Positions 1 to 12,636 of a DNA stretch of 64,000 nucleotides are shown in pieces. The translations under genes were made by a program, and so were the position numbers. The DNA lies in assembly GCA_965645245.1 (NCBI GenBank), contig OZ287077.1, positions 1,364,001 to 1,428,000 of the forward strand, written 5' to 3'. This stretch comes from Massalongia carnosa. Its lineage: Eukaryota. Numbering within the stretch: the first letter of the stretch is position 1; every line of letters begins with the position of its first letter. The notes under the pieces are model-generated. The model searched no databases. It was not told the DNA's origin and worked only from the letters and a program-made list of their open reading frames with translations.

Positions 1-1270
1 CATTTGAGACAGCGCGTAACCGACCTTTTCGTTCTCATCGGCGTAGAGGGGTGCGTCTGTCTTCAGTTTATTGCGGACGGAGTACGCCCAAGGGCTATAC
101 TCCTCCGAGTCCTCACCTTTAAGTGGCTTGCTAGGGTTTATACCACGGGGTCGCCAATTCTGGGGGTTGGTGTTGGTGCTTCGGGTAGTAACGGTATCTT
201 CTCGTTGATGACGTGGTGTTTCCCGTGTTTCCGCTAACTGGCGGACCAGGGAGTCTATGTCTTTCTGTAATCTCTCTTTTGCTATAGTCATTGCCTTCAA
301 TTCGATATCTCTATGCGATAGTTCTTCTTGCGCGAGAAGGGCCTCTCGTTCGGCATCGTCTTTTTCCGTGATGAGACGTTCATGTACTTGTTTGTAACGT
401 CTGTTGATCTTTTTGGCCTCGCCAAGCTTCTCCAGGTCGCCCTGCAAGGAGATGTATTTGTTGAATAGGGTCTTGTCGTATTCGAGCGCTCTCGCGAGGA
501 AGTCATACCATCGGGGTCCTTCTTTCTCGTCTCGCAAGATGCTCTGCAATTCCTTCAAATTGTGTGCTGCAACGTGGGACGGATGTTCCGCGGCATCCTT
601 CTCGTAATATGGATGATCGGAGACATCGATCTTCTGAAAAAACTTCTTTCCTTTTTCACGTCCTGCTCTTGGGGTTTTTCCCACGTCCCCTCCGTGGTTT
701 CTTTAATCTGTTCGTTCTGAGGTAATTCGGAGTCTTCAAACGTTCCCGGCATGCTGCTATCCGAGCGAGACGAATGATGGGAGACGGAACGAGCGCGGGT
801 GTTAGTTAAATGCTGGGCCGGTCTGGGCCTCTGCGGGAGGGGCTACGGCCTTTCTCGCCATCATGGGCGTTTTTGAGCTCATGACTGGATTCTGACAATG
901 GGAAAGCTTGCTTCCCTGATTCTAAAAGTTCTGGAAGTTCTGGAATTTGGATCGGTTTGGATTCGCACAAACGATCAGTCTGGAAAGTTACTGGAACGGG
1001 TTTTCACCCTATCTGGAAGAAAGTTGCTGGAACGGGACCTCGTCCCTACTGGAAGTTCTGGAAGAAAGAATACTAATAGGTAGATAAATTGTGTAAGGAA
1101 GCTGTCGTCGATTCTAATCAACCGCTATTAAACCAAAATTTATCTACAAAAGAAGAAAAGAATCATTGTGCGCGACTCGCTAGAAATATCTGCACCGAGT
1201 GTCGCGATAGCCTCGTGTGCTCGCGTGCTCCCCTTCCATCTCAGCCTTATGTCAGGCTAGGACCCTGACA
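1..1270 (-). mobile_element. 5' part of a Ty3/Gypsy LTR retrotransposon (degenerate gag plus 5' LTR); continues beyond the window start
   Basis: Minus-strand gag begins MSSKTPMMARKA at 882 and includes MPGTFEDSEL and KVGYALSQM, homologous to the gag at 12000 (MSSKTPLTARKA, MPGTFEDSEL, KVSYALSQM). The frame is broken. The LTR ends in GGACCCTGACA like the LTRs at 2297 and 12403. Confidence 0.85.
1092..1270 (-). repeat. 5' LTR (179 bp, TG...CA) of the first Gypsy element
   Basis: TGTAAGG...CCCTGACA termini; shares its terminus with the 207-bp LTRs; adjacent self-complementary PBS at 1080-1090. Confidence 0.8.
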
Positions 1271-1323
1271 GTCGTGCCGTGTAGAATCGTGACACCAAGT
1301 ATCTATACGCGTTCTATTGATTT

Positions 1324-1462
1324 CAGCTGATAACTGCATAGGGAGACTTGAACTCTTAGGAGCTAGAACGCGTGTCGACTGTGCCCGGGTGGGGGATGAT
1401 GCGGCTCCTTTAATTCATATCTTCTTCCAGCTGATAACTGCAAAAAGGGACTTGAACCCTTA
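1324..1462. repeat. Imperfect direct repeat (~35 bp, two copies ~104 bp apart), probably part of an old repeat element
   Basis: CAGCTGATAACTGCA...GACTTGAAC(T/C)CTTA at 1324 and 1428. Confidence 0.55.
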
Positions 1463-1968
1463 TAAGTATAGTGCAGGGACGCGCGCATGCGACCCGCCTG
1501 CGGTAAGCCTTCGAATCTTCTTCCGTACATACGTCTGCGAAGTGTATAAAAGTGTTAAATTAGCGTCTTCATGTTAAGGACCAATAGTGTAGAATGAGGA
1601 AGACCGATAGTGACGATAATCAATCAAACGAGTTTGAACAGTTTGTTAAGAATACAAAGCAGATTGTTGCAAAATCAAATTTTATCGACTTTGAATTAAA
1701 GTTATTCGCAAAAGAAGAAATGATAAATTTTTACACAAAGCAATCTCTCGCAAAAGAATAAGATCTACTTATTCGAAGACGTTAGAATTCACAAAAGAGA
1801 ACACAGAACGAATTATATTCGAAAAACAAGAAAAAGAAAAAAGAAAAAGCACAACAATTGCATGAGAATCTGACGAATAAAACGTAATGTTATACACATC
1901 AAGAGAATTGTTACGCGAAAAAATAAAAGAATTCGACAAAAGCAAGTGAAAAAACTTAACAAACAAGA

Positions 1969-2090
1969 TGTCACGATTCATCCGCATCCACTCAAGGCCA
2001 ATCAAGGGAAATTACGGCATCCGCCGGCCTACTAACCGCTTCCATTAATCAACCCTTTTAGCAATCATAGGAGCAATTAACGGAGGTCTG
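1969..2090 (+). repeat. LTR family B, left part (split by the Gypsy insertion; continues at 12409-12550)
   Basis: Starts TGTCACGATTC. 1969-2090 joined to 12409-12550 aligns colinearly with the solo LTR at 21168-21540, which shows the empty site GGAGGTCTGAAAG. Confidence 0.85.
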
Positions 2091-2297
2091 TTTCAGGCAG
2101 CTTGCTCTGATATTATTCAGTAGCTATGAACTAGAATTTAACTACAAGGAAGGAAAGAAAAGAATAATCATCGCTGAACTCCAAAACATAATCTACCGTG
2201 GGTGCGCTAGCCAGTCAAGCGACACGCGCTACTGCTTAGGCGAGTCACGCTGTCCCGTGACCACCAGAGCATGTCGGGTCAGGCCAGGACCCTGACA
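2091..2297 (-). repeat. 3' LTR of the Gypsy element
   Basis: Near-identical to 12197-12403; plus-strand terminal TG mutated to TT. Confidence 0.95.
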
Positions 2298-2394
2298 CTA
2301 CCCCCCCTTCTATGGACGACGTCTCGGAGTCGTGAATAATCCGCTCCGTTCATCCAGTTCTTAACTAAAGAAACGAATAATCCCTTATTCGAAG

Positions 2395-5300
2395 CTAAGC
2401 CTCATCGGGTCCATCTACGGTTTCCGTAGATGGTCTGACGTTATCGATCGTCTGATCCATCCCTGTGAGGTCCTCTGGCGCCTTCGGTTTTCGAGGATGT
2501 TCTCTATGATATTGCAGAACCTTTTCGATAGACTTTCTGAAGTCGGTCCATGGTTGCCAAGGTGGGTCAGCGTTCTATTCATCCCAATTTCCAATATATG
2601 TAGCCTTATACTGTACCCCAAATTTCCTTGTCTCTCGACAGTCCACTATCTCTAAGATTTCCCACTCTTCATGTGTTGCCTCCTCATCGTTCTCGGTGAT
2701 CAAGACAGGTGGGCCGGGAGGCAGTACTTGCCCTGGGAACGGACTGGACGGAGCGAGATGCAACTTCCATGCATGAAATATTGGGGTGAGTCCCACATTC
2801 TTTAAATGCTGTGGTATGTCAAGCTCATATGCCTTGTTATCGATTATCCTAAAAATTTTCCAGGGACCAACGTTTTTAAACCCGAGGGAACGACTTGGAC
2901 GCTCTGATGCGAAATGTTTAGCATTAACGTACACTAAATCGCCCACTTTGTATTCTGGGTGCAGTTAACGATCTTTGTTAGCATGTCGTGTTTGTTCTTC
3001 CTGGGCCCATGTTAGCTGATTTCTTAACCATTCTCGCATTGCTTCCTGGCGAGCGACTATTTTGTCAGCATGAAGTATCTCGGCTTTTCCCTTTTCTTCA
3101 TATGTTCCTGGAGGCTCTATTCCCGAACGAGGATGAAAGCCGTGATCTGCGAAGAATGGTGTCATTCCTGTCGAAACGTTAACATGATTGTTAACGGCGA
3201 ACTCGGCATCTGAAAGATAGTCGACCCAGTTGTCCTGAGCATAATTGATGTATGATCGAAGGTAGTTCTTCATTACTTTATTTGCATTCTCAGTTTGACC
3301 ATTCGTTTCTGGATGATGCGCTGAAGAGAACTTTATCTTTACTCCGTATCTTTCACAAATTCTTTTCCACAGACGAGCAGTCAGCTGACTGCCTCGATCG
3401 TTTGCCGTTGACAATGGAAAGCCATACGAGGAGAAGAGTCGTCGAGACATGGCGTCCATTAATTCGTCGGTGGAGAGTGACGTAAGCGGTTCGTATAATC
3501 GTCTTTTTGTTAGACGGTCTACTATCACTAATATGTGTTGATACACTCTATTCCTTCGCCGACATTCCGGCAAAAACTCCACAAAATCTAAAGAGACGTC
3601 TGTCCATTTTCTGTTCGGTATGGGTAGAGGATTCAATAAGCCCTGTTTCTTGACATTATATGATTTTGACCTTCGACAAATGGAGCAGTTCACTGCGTAT
3701 CTTTTGCAGTGATCCTTCATGTCGAACCAGAAGGAGTTTTCCATCAGTGACTGATACATGCTTTTATATCCCGGGTGTCCTTGCAGAGGAGGTTCGTGAT
3801 GTTTCTGCAACAGGCATAATTGAAGGGGTTCATGATCTGGGACATACAGCCTTTCTTTGACATACAGTCTTTCATCTTTCACTTTGAGATCTCCCATGGC
3901 TAATTTGATCCCTTTCTTTATAAGATGCGATGGAAGCTTGCGAAGTTCTCGTGTTTTGGCAGCGATTATGTCTTGAACTACTTCATCTTTTTCATAAGCT
4001 TCTTCTAGAGGTTTCGCTGCTGGATCTTCTTCCGAATCGTCGCCTAGTTCTTTCACCGGATTTTCATTTAAAATCTGACTCTGAGCCTCTTCATCGTCCT
4101 CGATGGCCTGAGGTTCCTCAGCTTCTTCGTCAGTGTCATTTGTTCTTGTGTTTGCACAGAAGATCACTGATAAAGCCTTCTTTACGTCATCGTCTAGTTG
4201 ATGCTCCTGTAGCAATGTCTGGAATTGATGTTGTTGTCGAGAGTCGTCAAACCCTTTTGGAAGATCTTGAGAACGTCGAGTAAGTGTGTCCGGCTTTTCG
4301 CCTTGTCTGCCCGGTCGATACATGATTTTGAAATTGAACTCCGAAAGGAATTCAGCCCATCGGGCTTGTCTGCGGTTCAGTTGCTTTGTCGTCATAAAGT
4401 GTTCCAGGTTTTTATGATCAGTATAAACTTTTATTGGCTGGTCAGGTGCAGCACTTGCTGCCTCGGGCCGCCAGACCTCGAAGCTCTTTATGATAGCGAG
4501 GAGTTCCTTATCATATATCATGTAATTACATTCGGCCGGTGTCATCTTCTTGGAGAAATATGCTACCGGTTTGAGCACTCCGTCATGCATCTGAGATAAG
4601 ACTCCGGCAGTGACGAAATCCGAAGAGTCTGTTTCTATCCATGTCTCTAGAGAAGGATCATAGTGCGCTAACACTGGTGCAGTAGTGAAGGCCTCTTTCA
4701 AATCTTCGAAAGCTTTTTTACAATCTTCGGTCCAGATGAACACGTTATATCGGGTTCTCTTCTTGCCCGACTTGGTCGTTATTTGTTTCCCTTTTGTTAA
4801 TTCCGTCAGAGACCTTGTACGCTGAGAGAGCTTTGATATGAATCGTCGATAGAAGTTTGCAAAGCCTAAAAAGCTTGCACGTCCTTCACGGACTCCGGAG
4901 TTTCCCATTTCAAAATCGCTTCAATCTTCTCGGAATCCATTTGTTTCGGTGGTGACTATAAGTCCGAGGTACTTTACTTTAGTCACCGAGAATTCACATT
5001 TGTCAATGTCAACTTGGAGTCCTCGTTCCCCCAAGCGTTTAAGAACCTTCAAGGCGTGATCTGAATGTTCTTCCTCATTATCACTGTAGATCAAGACGTC
5101 ATCCAGATAAGCAGTACAAAAGACGTCTAAATATTCCCGAACAGAATTATTTATATAACTCTGCAAAGTCCCTGGAGCATTGCATAAACCGAAAGGCATG
5201 ACCAGATATTCGAACTGGCCATATCTTGTGTTAAAAGCGGTAAGCCATTCATGTCCTTCTTTTACTCGAAGACGATTGAATGCCGTAATAACGTCTAGTT

Positions 5301-6450
5301 TCGTGAAGCGTTTTGCCTGCGAGAGTTTTCCGAGCGTCTCGTTAATTAGGGGAATAGGATATCGATTCTTTACTGTGATGGCATTCAAGGCTCGATAGTC
5401 CACACAAAATCTCAGTCCACCACCTGGTTTTCGAACTAGAAGGACTGGAGCTGCTGCTGTCGACGAACTGGGACGAATGAATCCCTTTCCCATATGTTCG
5501 TCAATATACTTCTTGACAGCTTCCAACTCCTGTTCTGACATAGGCTTATAGTTCCTGACATAAGGGGGTTCTTTTCCGTCCATGAGGTTGATCTCGTGAT
5601 CCTCCTTACGATGTTCCGGTAGTTCGTCTGCTTTATGCTTCATAAAGACTTCTATCATGCTATGATACTCTGAGGGAATTTTCTTCAACAATTCTTCGCG
5701 GGAGTACTCGGGTTTGCCTTTCATAAACTTGTCGTAATCCTTTGAGGTGACGGCCCCAGTGGTTGTGGCACAGAAGGTCTTATGTTCTCGGGGAGTCCAT
5801 AAGTATCCCTCGTGATGTTTCTTCCTAACTATCCGAAAGAAATGTTTCGCATTGACCGGAAGGACTTCGATATCGTCTTTTGTTCCGATCCTATTCTTTG
5901 CCCTACTTCCAACAGCAAATTCGGTGCAGGTTATTCCACGCGAAAGGCATCCCATTTCCAAGCAATCGGCAGAGTTAAACTTCATAATTCGCTCTTTCCA
6001 GTCAATGCTGGGGTTGTGAGTTTGTAGCCACCCATCTCCTAGAATAATCGCGTACACGTCCAGTTTTGCTACATAGCAAAGGACTTGTTCTTGATGATCC
6101 CCGATTTTGACGTCGACTAGGGCGGTCCTCGTGAGAAGTTGGGCAACCTCTCCGTTTCCAAGGGTTAGTTTAACCCCCGTTTCTAATTTAGAGGTGTTCA
6201 GTTTATTTACACGCGCGAAGGATTCATCAATGAGCTCAGCCTCACTTCCATTATCAACAAGTAAACGAGTTTTAATTCCAGCTATGCTAGTTTTAAATAC
6301 TAGATGCTTGCCCTCGATCTTCTTTTCAGTATCGAGAACAGCACAACTAGAGACCCTTACTGTCTTCATTTCAGCGCTACCAATTTCACAAATGACATCT
6401 TTCTTAAGACGTCCTTGATCGCGATTTTGATCAAGGACTAAGCTTTTCCC
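2395..6450 (-). pseudogene. pol: Gypsy pol (protease, RT, RNase H, integrase, chromodomain), disrupted
   Basis: LLVDNGSE (protease); RFCVDYRALN and YLDDVLIY (RT); ETDSSDF and DHKNL (RNase H); HHCC zinc finger plus SLDFV and DRGSQ (integrase); GPW motif; EWEILEIVD chromodomain. Frameshifts near 4880-4945 and stops at 2965 and 2575. Confidence 0.93.
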
Positions 6451-6991
6451 GACTCGGAGTCAGAGTCTATCTCAACAATTCTTGTAGTGTTAAGCTTTTT
6501 TTCTTTAAATTGAGGGCAGATCGAGTCGTTTCCTCGATGACCTGACCCCCGACATGCCCAATAGCGTCCCTTACGCGACAATGTCTCTCGCTCTTCCTTC
6601 TCCAACTTTTTGGGGTTGGGGTCAGATCGTACCAAACCCCTATCCAACCAGCGGGTTTGAATATCGTGGCGCTGAACTTGGAGTTTGGATGATCACCCGA
6701 CTTCTTCTCTTTTGCACTCGATTGACGAGAATCGGAAATGGAGGTTTGTCCACTCGAGGACTTGCCTTCGCGACCAGAGTTCTTTGACGGACCAGACTTC
6801 TCTGGCCGAGGAAAGTAGTGAGCGACATCCTTGCGTCGATCTTCGATTCTCCTAGCTTCGTCGAGCAAGGGACGAAAGTCGGTGAAAACTGAACCCATCA
6901 GTGAATTAGAGATGCTTGGCTTCAATGTTACAAGAAACTTCTCTATCCTCTCGTCGATGGGGGTTTTGGCCTTTTGCCAAAGCTTCAAAAT

Positions 6992-9689
6992 GGGAGGCTG
7001 TAAAACTCAGAGGTTTTCTATTTTCCATACCATTTAGCTGCCGCAGCCAATTAGTAAGCTAGCACATGACCAAATCTCGTAAATATTAATGTCGCGTCTT
7101 CCAACCGTAATTCTCATCCCCCTTATTATCACTTTTCTCATACCTCGCTGCTCTCATTTATTGAGGCTATTCAAGATGTCTTCGTACTTAGATACCACCA
7201 AGCCCGAAAGCCACGTCAACAGTCAGCTAGATAGTCAGCTGGATAGTCAGCTCACCGTCGCCAGAGAATCTTCTCGCTCCGCTTCGACCCCTATTTCCAC
7301 TATCTTGGCTCTACCTTCTCATCTGGTCTCGATGCGTCAGCTTGTCTTTGCATTAGATGCATCAATAACTTGGACTGCGGATAATTATGCTTCATACTGG
7401 CCGTTTATGGACAACATCTGGGTGCATAATCACACGGAGCCTATTACCAAGAAGAGAACTCAAAAATCATATTGGTTTTGCAGACTTTGAAAGCAAGATG
7501 CTGACATTAAAAGTCAAGGTTCAGGACGACGTGCTAAACGAATGCGGTTAACTGATGCTTGCTCTATAAAGCTGGCTATGATCAAACAATTTGATGAGAT
7601 CAATGAATTGTTGACGGTGACTTTGAGTCGTCACGTCAACAAGAAGCTTGACGACTCAGTTAATCAGCTGCAACATAATCACATTTTGGAGGTTGTGGAC
7701 AATATCAAAATCAACTCCGCCATCAGACTGACGGCTGGTAAAGAGGTGGCAAAAGGATATACCCCGGGAGACGTCAATCGAAACATGCAGGGCGTTAGAT
7801 GGGAAGGGAATCTTGAAGCTTTGAAACAGGCCGGGGGGTCGAATTTCAACTTTCAAACCGTATACAATGCTGGAAGAAGCTTTAAAAAGCAGAATCCTGA
7901 TGCACGAATTCAGGGAGCTAGGGAGTCATGGATTAATCAATTGAATAGCTGTTTTGATGCATTGCAGGCATTGGGTGAAGATGTTCTAGCTGCAAAGCTT
8001 GAAATAACTCGTCTCATTGATAGAGAAAGATCACATGCAATAGCATTTGCAAAAAGATCTCGGTTATCAGTATTGATGAACAGTACTCATAACACCAATC
8101 AGCTAAAATGGAAGTTATTTACATTGATGATTCGTGACGAATGTGGAAGCTGGATTCCCGGAGCCCACATGCTGAGTAGTAACGAGGACGGTGACATTAT
8201 AGGAGAGTTTCTTCGTCAGATTAAGCGATGGTCTAGAGCTTGGAGACTTCGATACATTATCACCGACGATTCTGCAGCTGAACAGCGAGGGGTCAGTCTT
8301 GCATTTCGAGGGTTGATCGACGGGGAGATGGAGGTTACTCATCTACTTTGTCGGACTCACTCCGAGCGTACCCTGAATCGAAAATTGGTCGGTCCCAATT
8401 GCAAAAATGCAAAAAAGCATTTGTATGATGCTCTATATTTCAGAAAAACGGAGCTCGGATGCGATGATAGTCTCAAAAAGGCATTGGCAGCTGCCCCTGA
8501 AGAAAAACGTCAATATATAGATCGAGAATGGGTGCAGACTAAATCCAAATGGGCTAATTACGCACGTCAGCATTCATGCATTTTACTGCAGTGCATGACG
8601 ACTAATGCGGTAGAATCCTGGCACGCATCTATTAAAAAGCATGCTGACGGTGAGACTATTTCTTGAGCTTCATTCGTCATACTAATTAGTACTGTAGGTA
8701 AAGCGCATTTCATGACTTTTTCTCTGATCGGGGCTGCAAGCCATGTGATTCGAATCGGGGATCAATGGGAAAATCGAGCCCGCAGCGAAGAGGCAAATTT
8801 TCGTACTACTATGACTCCCGAATGTCAGGAATGCCCATATCTTCGAAAATTTCCCTATCCCGTGCAAATGCTCATAGTTGATCAATGGAAGCTAGCCGCT
8901 AGAAGTTTAGCAGACGGTGATGAGCCGGCAGGTGAGCTGCCTGATGAGCTAATCTGTCCTGTAGACTGTCTATTTTGGCGTCAGTATCAACTCCCATGCA
9001 GACACTTGTGGCACTATAACATCGTTTTCGACGCGTTTCAGGAAGTCAATTGGACAGTCTGGGCGGAGATGTTTGAGGATAGCGGCTTCGAGGTGTATGA
9101 AACGTCGACTAGGCTGGATTTTGATCATCACGAGGAGGTAGAAAGATCGGATCGACATATGCTACAGATGAGAGAGGTTTTGGACGCAATTAAAGACAAA
9201 TACTACGAAATAGCCGAGTACACCGCCGAATGGACTGCCGAGGAAAGAAATCCACAAATAAAGCGATGGCTAGACTGGTTGGAGAAGTTGACTGGACCAA
9301 TCAGAAGACGGGGGGTGGAGGAGGCCTTGCAGGAGTTGGAAGATGAGGAGACGACGACGCTGGCGATGACGATGGCGGCGGAGGAGAGTAGGAATCGTCG
9401 GCGGGATGATGACGAATAAAGAGGGAAATAGGGGGGATTTTATTAGGGGCCGCGGGGAAATATTTTTATGTGGGCAGCGGCGGGAATTTTTATGTGGGCG
9501 CCGGGGGGGCGCCGGGGGAGGGTTCTATGTCGGCGAGTTGAATAACTTCAAAACTTGGCGACAGCAGGGTGAGTTGGTATGTAGGGAGATGTAGGTAGGG
9601 AGGGGTAGGTAGGGGTAGGATGCTTATTAAGCGGCTGCGGCAGCTAAAAGATAGGAAAATTACAAAACCTCTGAGTTATACAGTCACCC
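6992..9689 (+). mobile_element. Mutator (MULE) DNA transposon with ~68-bp imperfect TIRs
   Basis: Left GGGAGGCTGTAAAACTCAGAGGTTTT...TTTAGCTGCCGCAGCC versus right (reverse complement) GGGTGACTGTATAACTCAGAGGTTTT...TTTAGCTGCCGCAGCC; no TSD detectable. Confidence 0.88.
7176..9419 (+). pseudogene. MULE transposase with SWIM zinc finger
   Basis: (N)STHNTN, ITDDSAAE, LCRTH, TTNAVESWH, CxxxCx9CRH (SWIM). Intron ~8650-8697; premature TGA at 7488; first catalytic D appears as N. Confidence 0.85.
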
Positions 9690-9809
9690 GGAGATGTATG
9701 CCCATATAATGTTCGATCTCGTCGAACAGAACGTCAATGGTGAGAGAGTCGCCCATGTCGACGACCCAGGAGTGCATAGCCCCAAAGATAGGCGCTTCCA
9801 TTTGCGATA

Positions 9810-11146
9810 CAGTACTAGGCCAAAAGTCTGCGGCCCCGCACCCCACCAACATTTCAATCATTCTATTCAATCAACAATCAACCACGTCACGATTGCTGAA
9901 ATGTCTTGAAACTTTACATAATGATTACATACATACTAAACAAGAATTCCCCCAAAAATTGATTTTTAATATTTAGTATACCATCCCTCCGACGCTATAC
10001 ACGCTTTTATCCTCCTATTCATGCTCTCTATTAACCTCCTCATCATTTTCACATCTATCAACGTCCAGGCTTCTTCTAACGCTTTCCAAAGTACCTCACG
10101 AACAGTTTCATCACTGCCGCTCACCAAATCTATGTTCGGGTTGACTTGATAGACGAGCTTTTTGAGCACATACCAAACGTGCTCGATGGGATTTAAATCA
10201 GGTGAATAGGAGGGCCAATCGATGACCTCTATGCCGTTCTCATTGAACCATTCCATCACCTTTTTAGCCTTATGTATAGGTGCGTTATCCTGCATGAAAA
10301 TGAGGCCCGGTTGCCAAATTCCAAGCAGATTATCGTTTAATAATTCCATATATGAGTTCGCCGAGTACCCCATCTTCTTCGCAGCAAAATCACGAGCCAA
10401 TTTGTAAAGATCTGACCTGTCATCTCCCCAAAAAGCTGCCCAGACCATGACACTGACTTCTTTGCCTTTGGGGACAGGTTGTATCATCTCTTTATTCCAT
10501 TTTTCTTTCGGCAATCTGAACACCCACTGACGCTGTTTTCCTGACCCCTTTTCCACCGAGCACTCATCTGACCATATAACTCTTGACCACTGCTCAAAAG
10601 TCCACTCACGCCGCAGCAAGCACCAATCCAATCGTTTCTTGGCCACCTCAGCCGTCAATAAAGGTCGTTTTTTAGCCACCCAGTTGGTTAAACCATACAG
10701 TTTGAGTGCCCGATAAATAGTCGTACGACTGCAGCCGAGCCCCACTTCTAGTTTGATTTGTGCATAAGTGATTCGTGGATTGATTCGTGCATGCTTGATG
10801 ATATAACGTCGATCGCGTTCTGACAGCACTTCAGGCCGTCCAGAACGTGATTTAGACACGCCGTCGTTGCGAATTGAGTGCTTCTGAATGGTGCTCTGCA
10901 CGGTCGATTTAGTGAAATTAAGAGTCTTCCCAATCTCGGTCGGTGTGTGCCCCAACGCCTGGGCCCCAACAATCATACCACGTTGATATGGCGTCAATTC
11001 AGTGTTACGAGGCCGATTACCACTTATGGGGTCAAAGAAGCACGAAGCATGGTGAAATGATGAGGTGGAAGATGGGGGGTTGATGAGTTGAAAACGCGTA
11101 ATCACGAAAATTACGGGTTGGGCCGCAGACTTTTGGCACGGGACTG
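9810..11146 (-). mobile_element. Tc1-family DNA transposon (1337 bp)
   Basis: TA TSD (9808-9 / 11147-8); TIRs CAGT...GCCAAAAGTCTGCGGCCC; removal restores the gag reading frame. Confidence 0.95.
9966..11050 (-). CDS. Tc1 transposase, DD34E (open frame, but the likely ATG at 11050 is out of frame by 1 nt)
   Basis: HTH N-terminus, WSDE, QDNAPIH...SPDLNPIE with 34 residues between D and E, ends GWYTKY. Confidence 0.85.
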
Positions 11147-12196
11147 TAGAGCATAACTGACCTTTTCGCCCTCGTTGGCGTAAAGCGGAGAATCGGTCTT
11201 AAGCGTGTTTCGGAGTGAGTATTGCCAAGGACTATATTCCTCAGCGTCTTCGCCTTTCAGAGGCTTGCTGGGGTGAATGCCACGTGGACGCCAGTTCTGG
11301 GGATTTATAGTGGTGCTCTGGGTTGTAGCAGTGTCCTCCCGTTGGCCACGAGAGGAGTCGGGAGCTGCTAGCCGTCGCTCAAGTTTCTCCTTCTCTTTCT
11401 GTAAGCCTGTTGGGCCTGGAGGGCTTCTTCCAACTCAATTTCTTTATGCGAAAGCTCTTCCTGAGCAAGAAGGATTTGGCGTTCATCTTCATCCTTTTCG
11501 TCAGCGAAACGGTCATTAATCTGCTTATATTGTTCTAAATGCTTCTTGGTCTTGATAAGCTTCTCATGAAGCCCGAAGCTTTTTTCGTACAGTGTTTTAT
11601 CATAGGGAATTGCTCTGGACAAAAACTCATACCAACGAGGACCTTCGTTCTCGTCTAGGACGGCATTTCGGAAGTCTTCTAGGTTGCGAATTTTGTATCG
11701 TGCGGGATGTTTCCGAGTTTCTCATTCGTAGTATGGATGTTCCGAGATGTCAATCTCGCGAGCCCCTTCCTTCTCATTTCCTGACCCAGCCTTCGGGGTC
11801 TTTTCTAGTGTGCATTCTGTCTCGTCTCCCATCTGCTCACCGGGTGTAAGCTCCGAGTCTTCGAACGTCCCTGGCATACTATCAGAGCGAGCCGAATGAC
11901 GGGACATGGAACGGGCGCGAGTGTTAAAAGCAGGGCCTGCTTGAGCGTCTTCGCGAGGAGCGCCGGCCTTTCGAGCAGTCAGGGGAGTTTTCGAACTCAT
12001 GACTGTGTTCTGGAGGTGAAAGAGCTCTGTCTTTCGATTCTGGAAGTTCTAAAGGTTCTGGAGTGAGGACCAGCTCGGATTCTCACGAGTGGTCGTTCTG
12101 GAAAGCTAAAGGAGCAGGTCGTTGTCCCTTTCTAAATGTACTGAAAGTTCTAGAAGACTGGAAGAGTACTAATAAGCATTAAAGGTAGTTAAATTA

Positions 12197-12403
12197 TGTC
12201 AGGCAGCTTGCCCTGATATTATTCAGTAGCTATGAACTAGAATTTAACTACAAGGAAGGAAAGAAAAGAATAATCATCGCTGAACTCCTAAACATAATCT
12301 ACCGTGGGTGCGCTAGCCAGTCAAGCGACGCGCGCTACTGCTTAGGCGAGTCACGCTGTCTCGTGACCACCAGAGCATGTCGGGTCAGGCCAGGACCCTG
12401 ACA
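12197..12403 (-). repeat. 5' LTR of the Gypsy element
   Basis: TGTCAGGC...CCCTGACA; matches 2091-2297. Confidence 0.95.
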
Positions 12404-12408
12404 GTCTG

Positions 12409-12550
12409 AAAGGACTAAAGGGATGCATCGGAACAACTTTCTAAAGCAAACACAAATAGATAAAAGGGACAAAGTACAGAAAAACTGTTTGACTAAACTG
12501 TTCACTTATTAATAGAGACATAAACAGCTAGATCGGGCAAAGCGATTATC
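12409..12550 (+). repeat. LTR family B, continuation; truncated by an inverted LTR-C at 12551
   Basis: Aligns with 21282-21424, differing mostly by C>T / G>A changes. Confidence 0.85.
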
Positions 12551-12636
12551 TGTGACGAAGCGAGATTATAACGGTTCGGCCATGCGTGGTGCGGACGGCA
12601 GGACCTATAGCGAATATAACAGGAGTCCCACTTATA

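Larger units (their letters stand above)
6438..12000 (-). pseudogene. gag: Gypsy gag, interrupted by Mutator (6992-9689) and Tc1 (9810-11146) elements
   Basis: Starts MSSKTP at 12000; KVSYAL|SQMEAP is rejoined across the Tc1; C-terminal zinc knuckle (Y)WACRGSGHRGNDSIC; ends ESGKA*; several frameshifts. Confidence 0.85.
2091..12403 (-). mobile_element. Full-length Ty3/Gypsy chromovirus (inactive), carrying nested Mutator and Tc1 insertions
   Basis: Two 207-bp LTRs (2091-2297, 12197-12403; 5 mismatches); 5-bp TSD GTCTG (2086-2090 / 12404-12408); PPT AGAAGGGGGGG next to the 3' LTR; order gag-PR-RT-RNaseH-IN-chromodomain. Confidence 0.96.

Noticed and set aside
12170..12196. tRNA primer-binding site
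   Set aside because: No TGG start complementary to tRNA CCA; self-complementarity to the LTR explains it.
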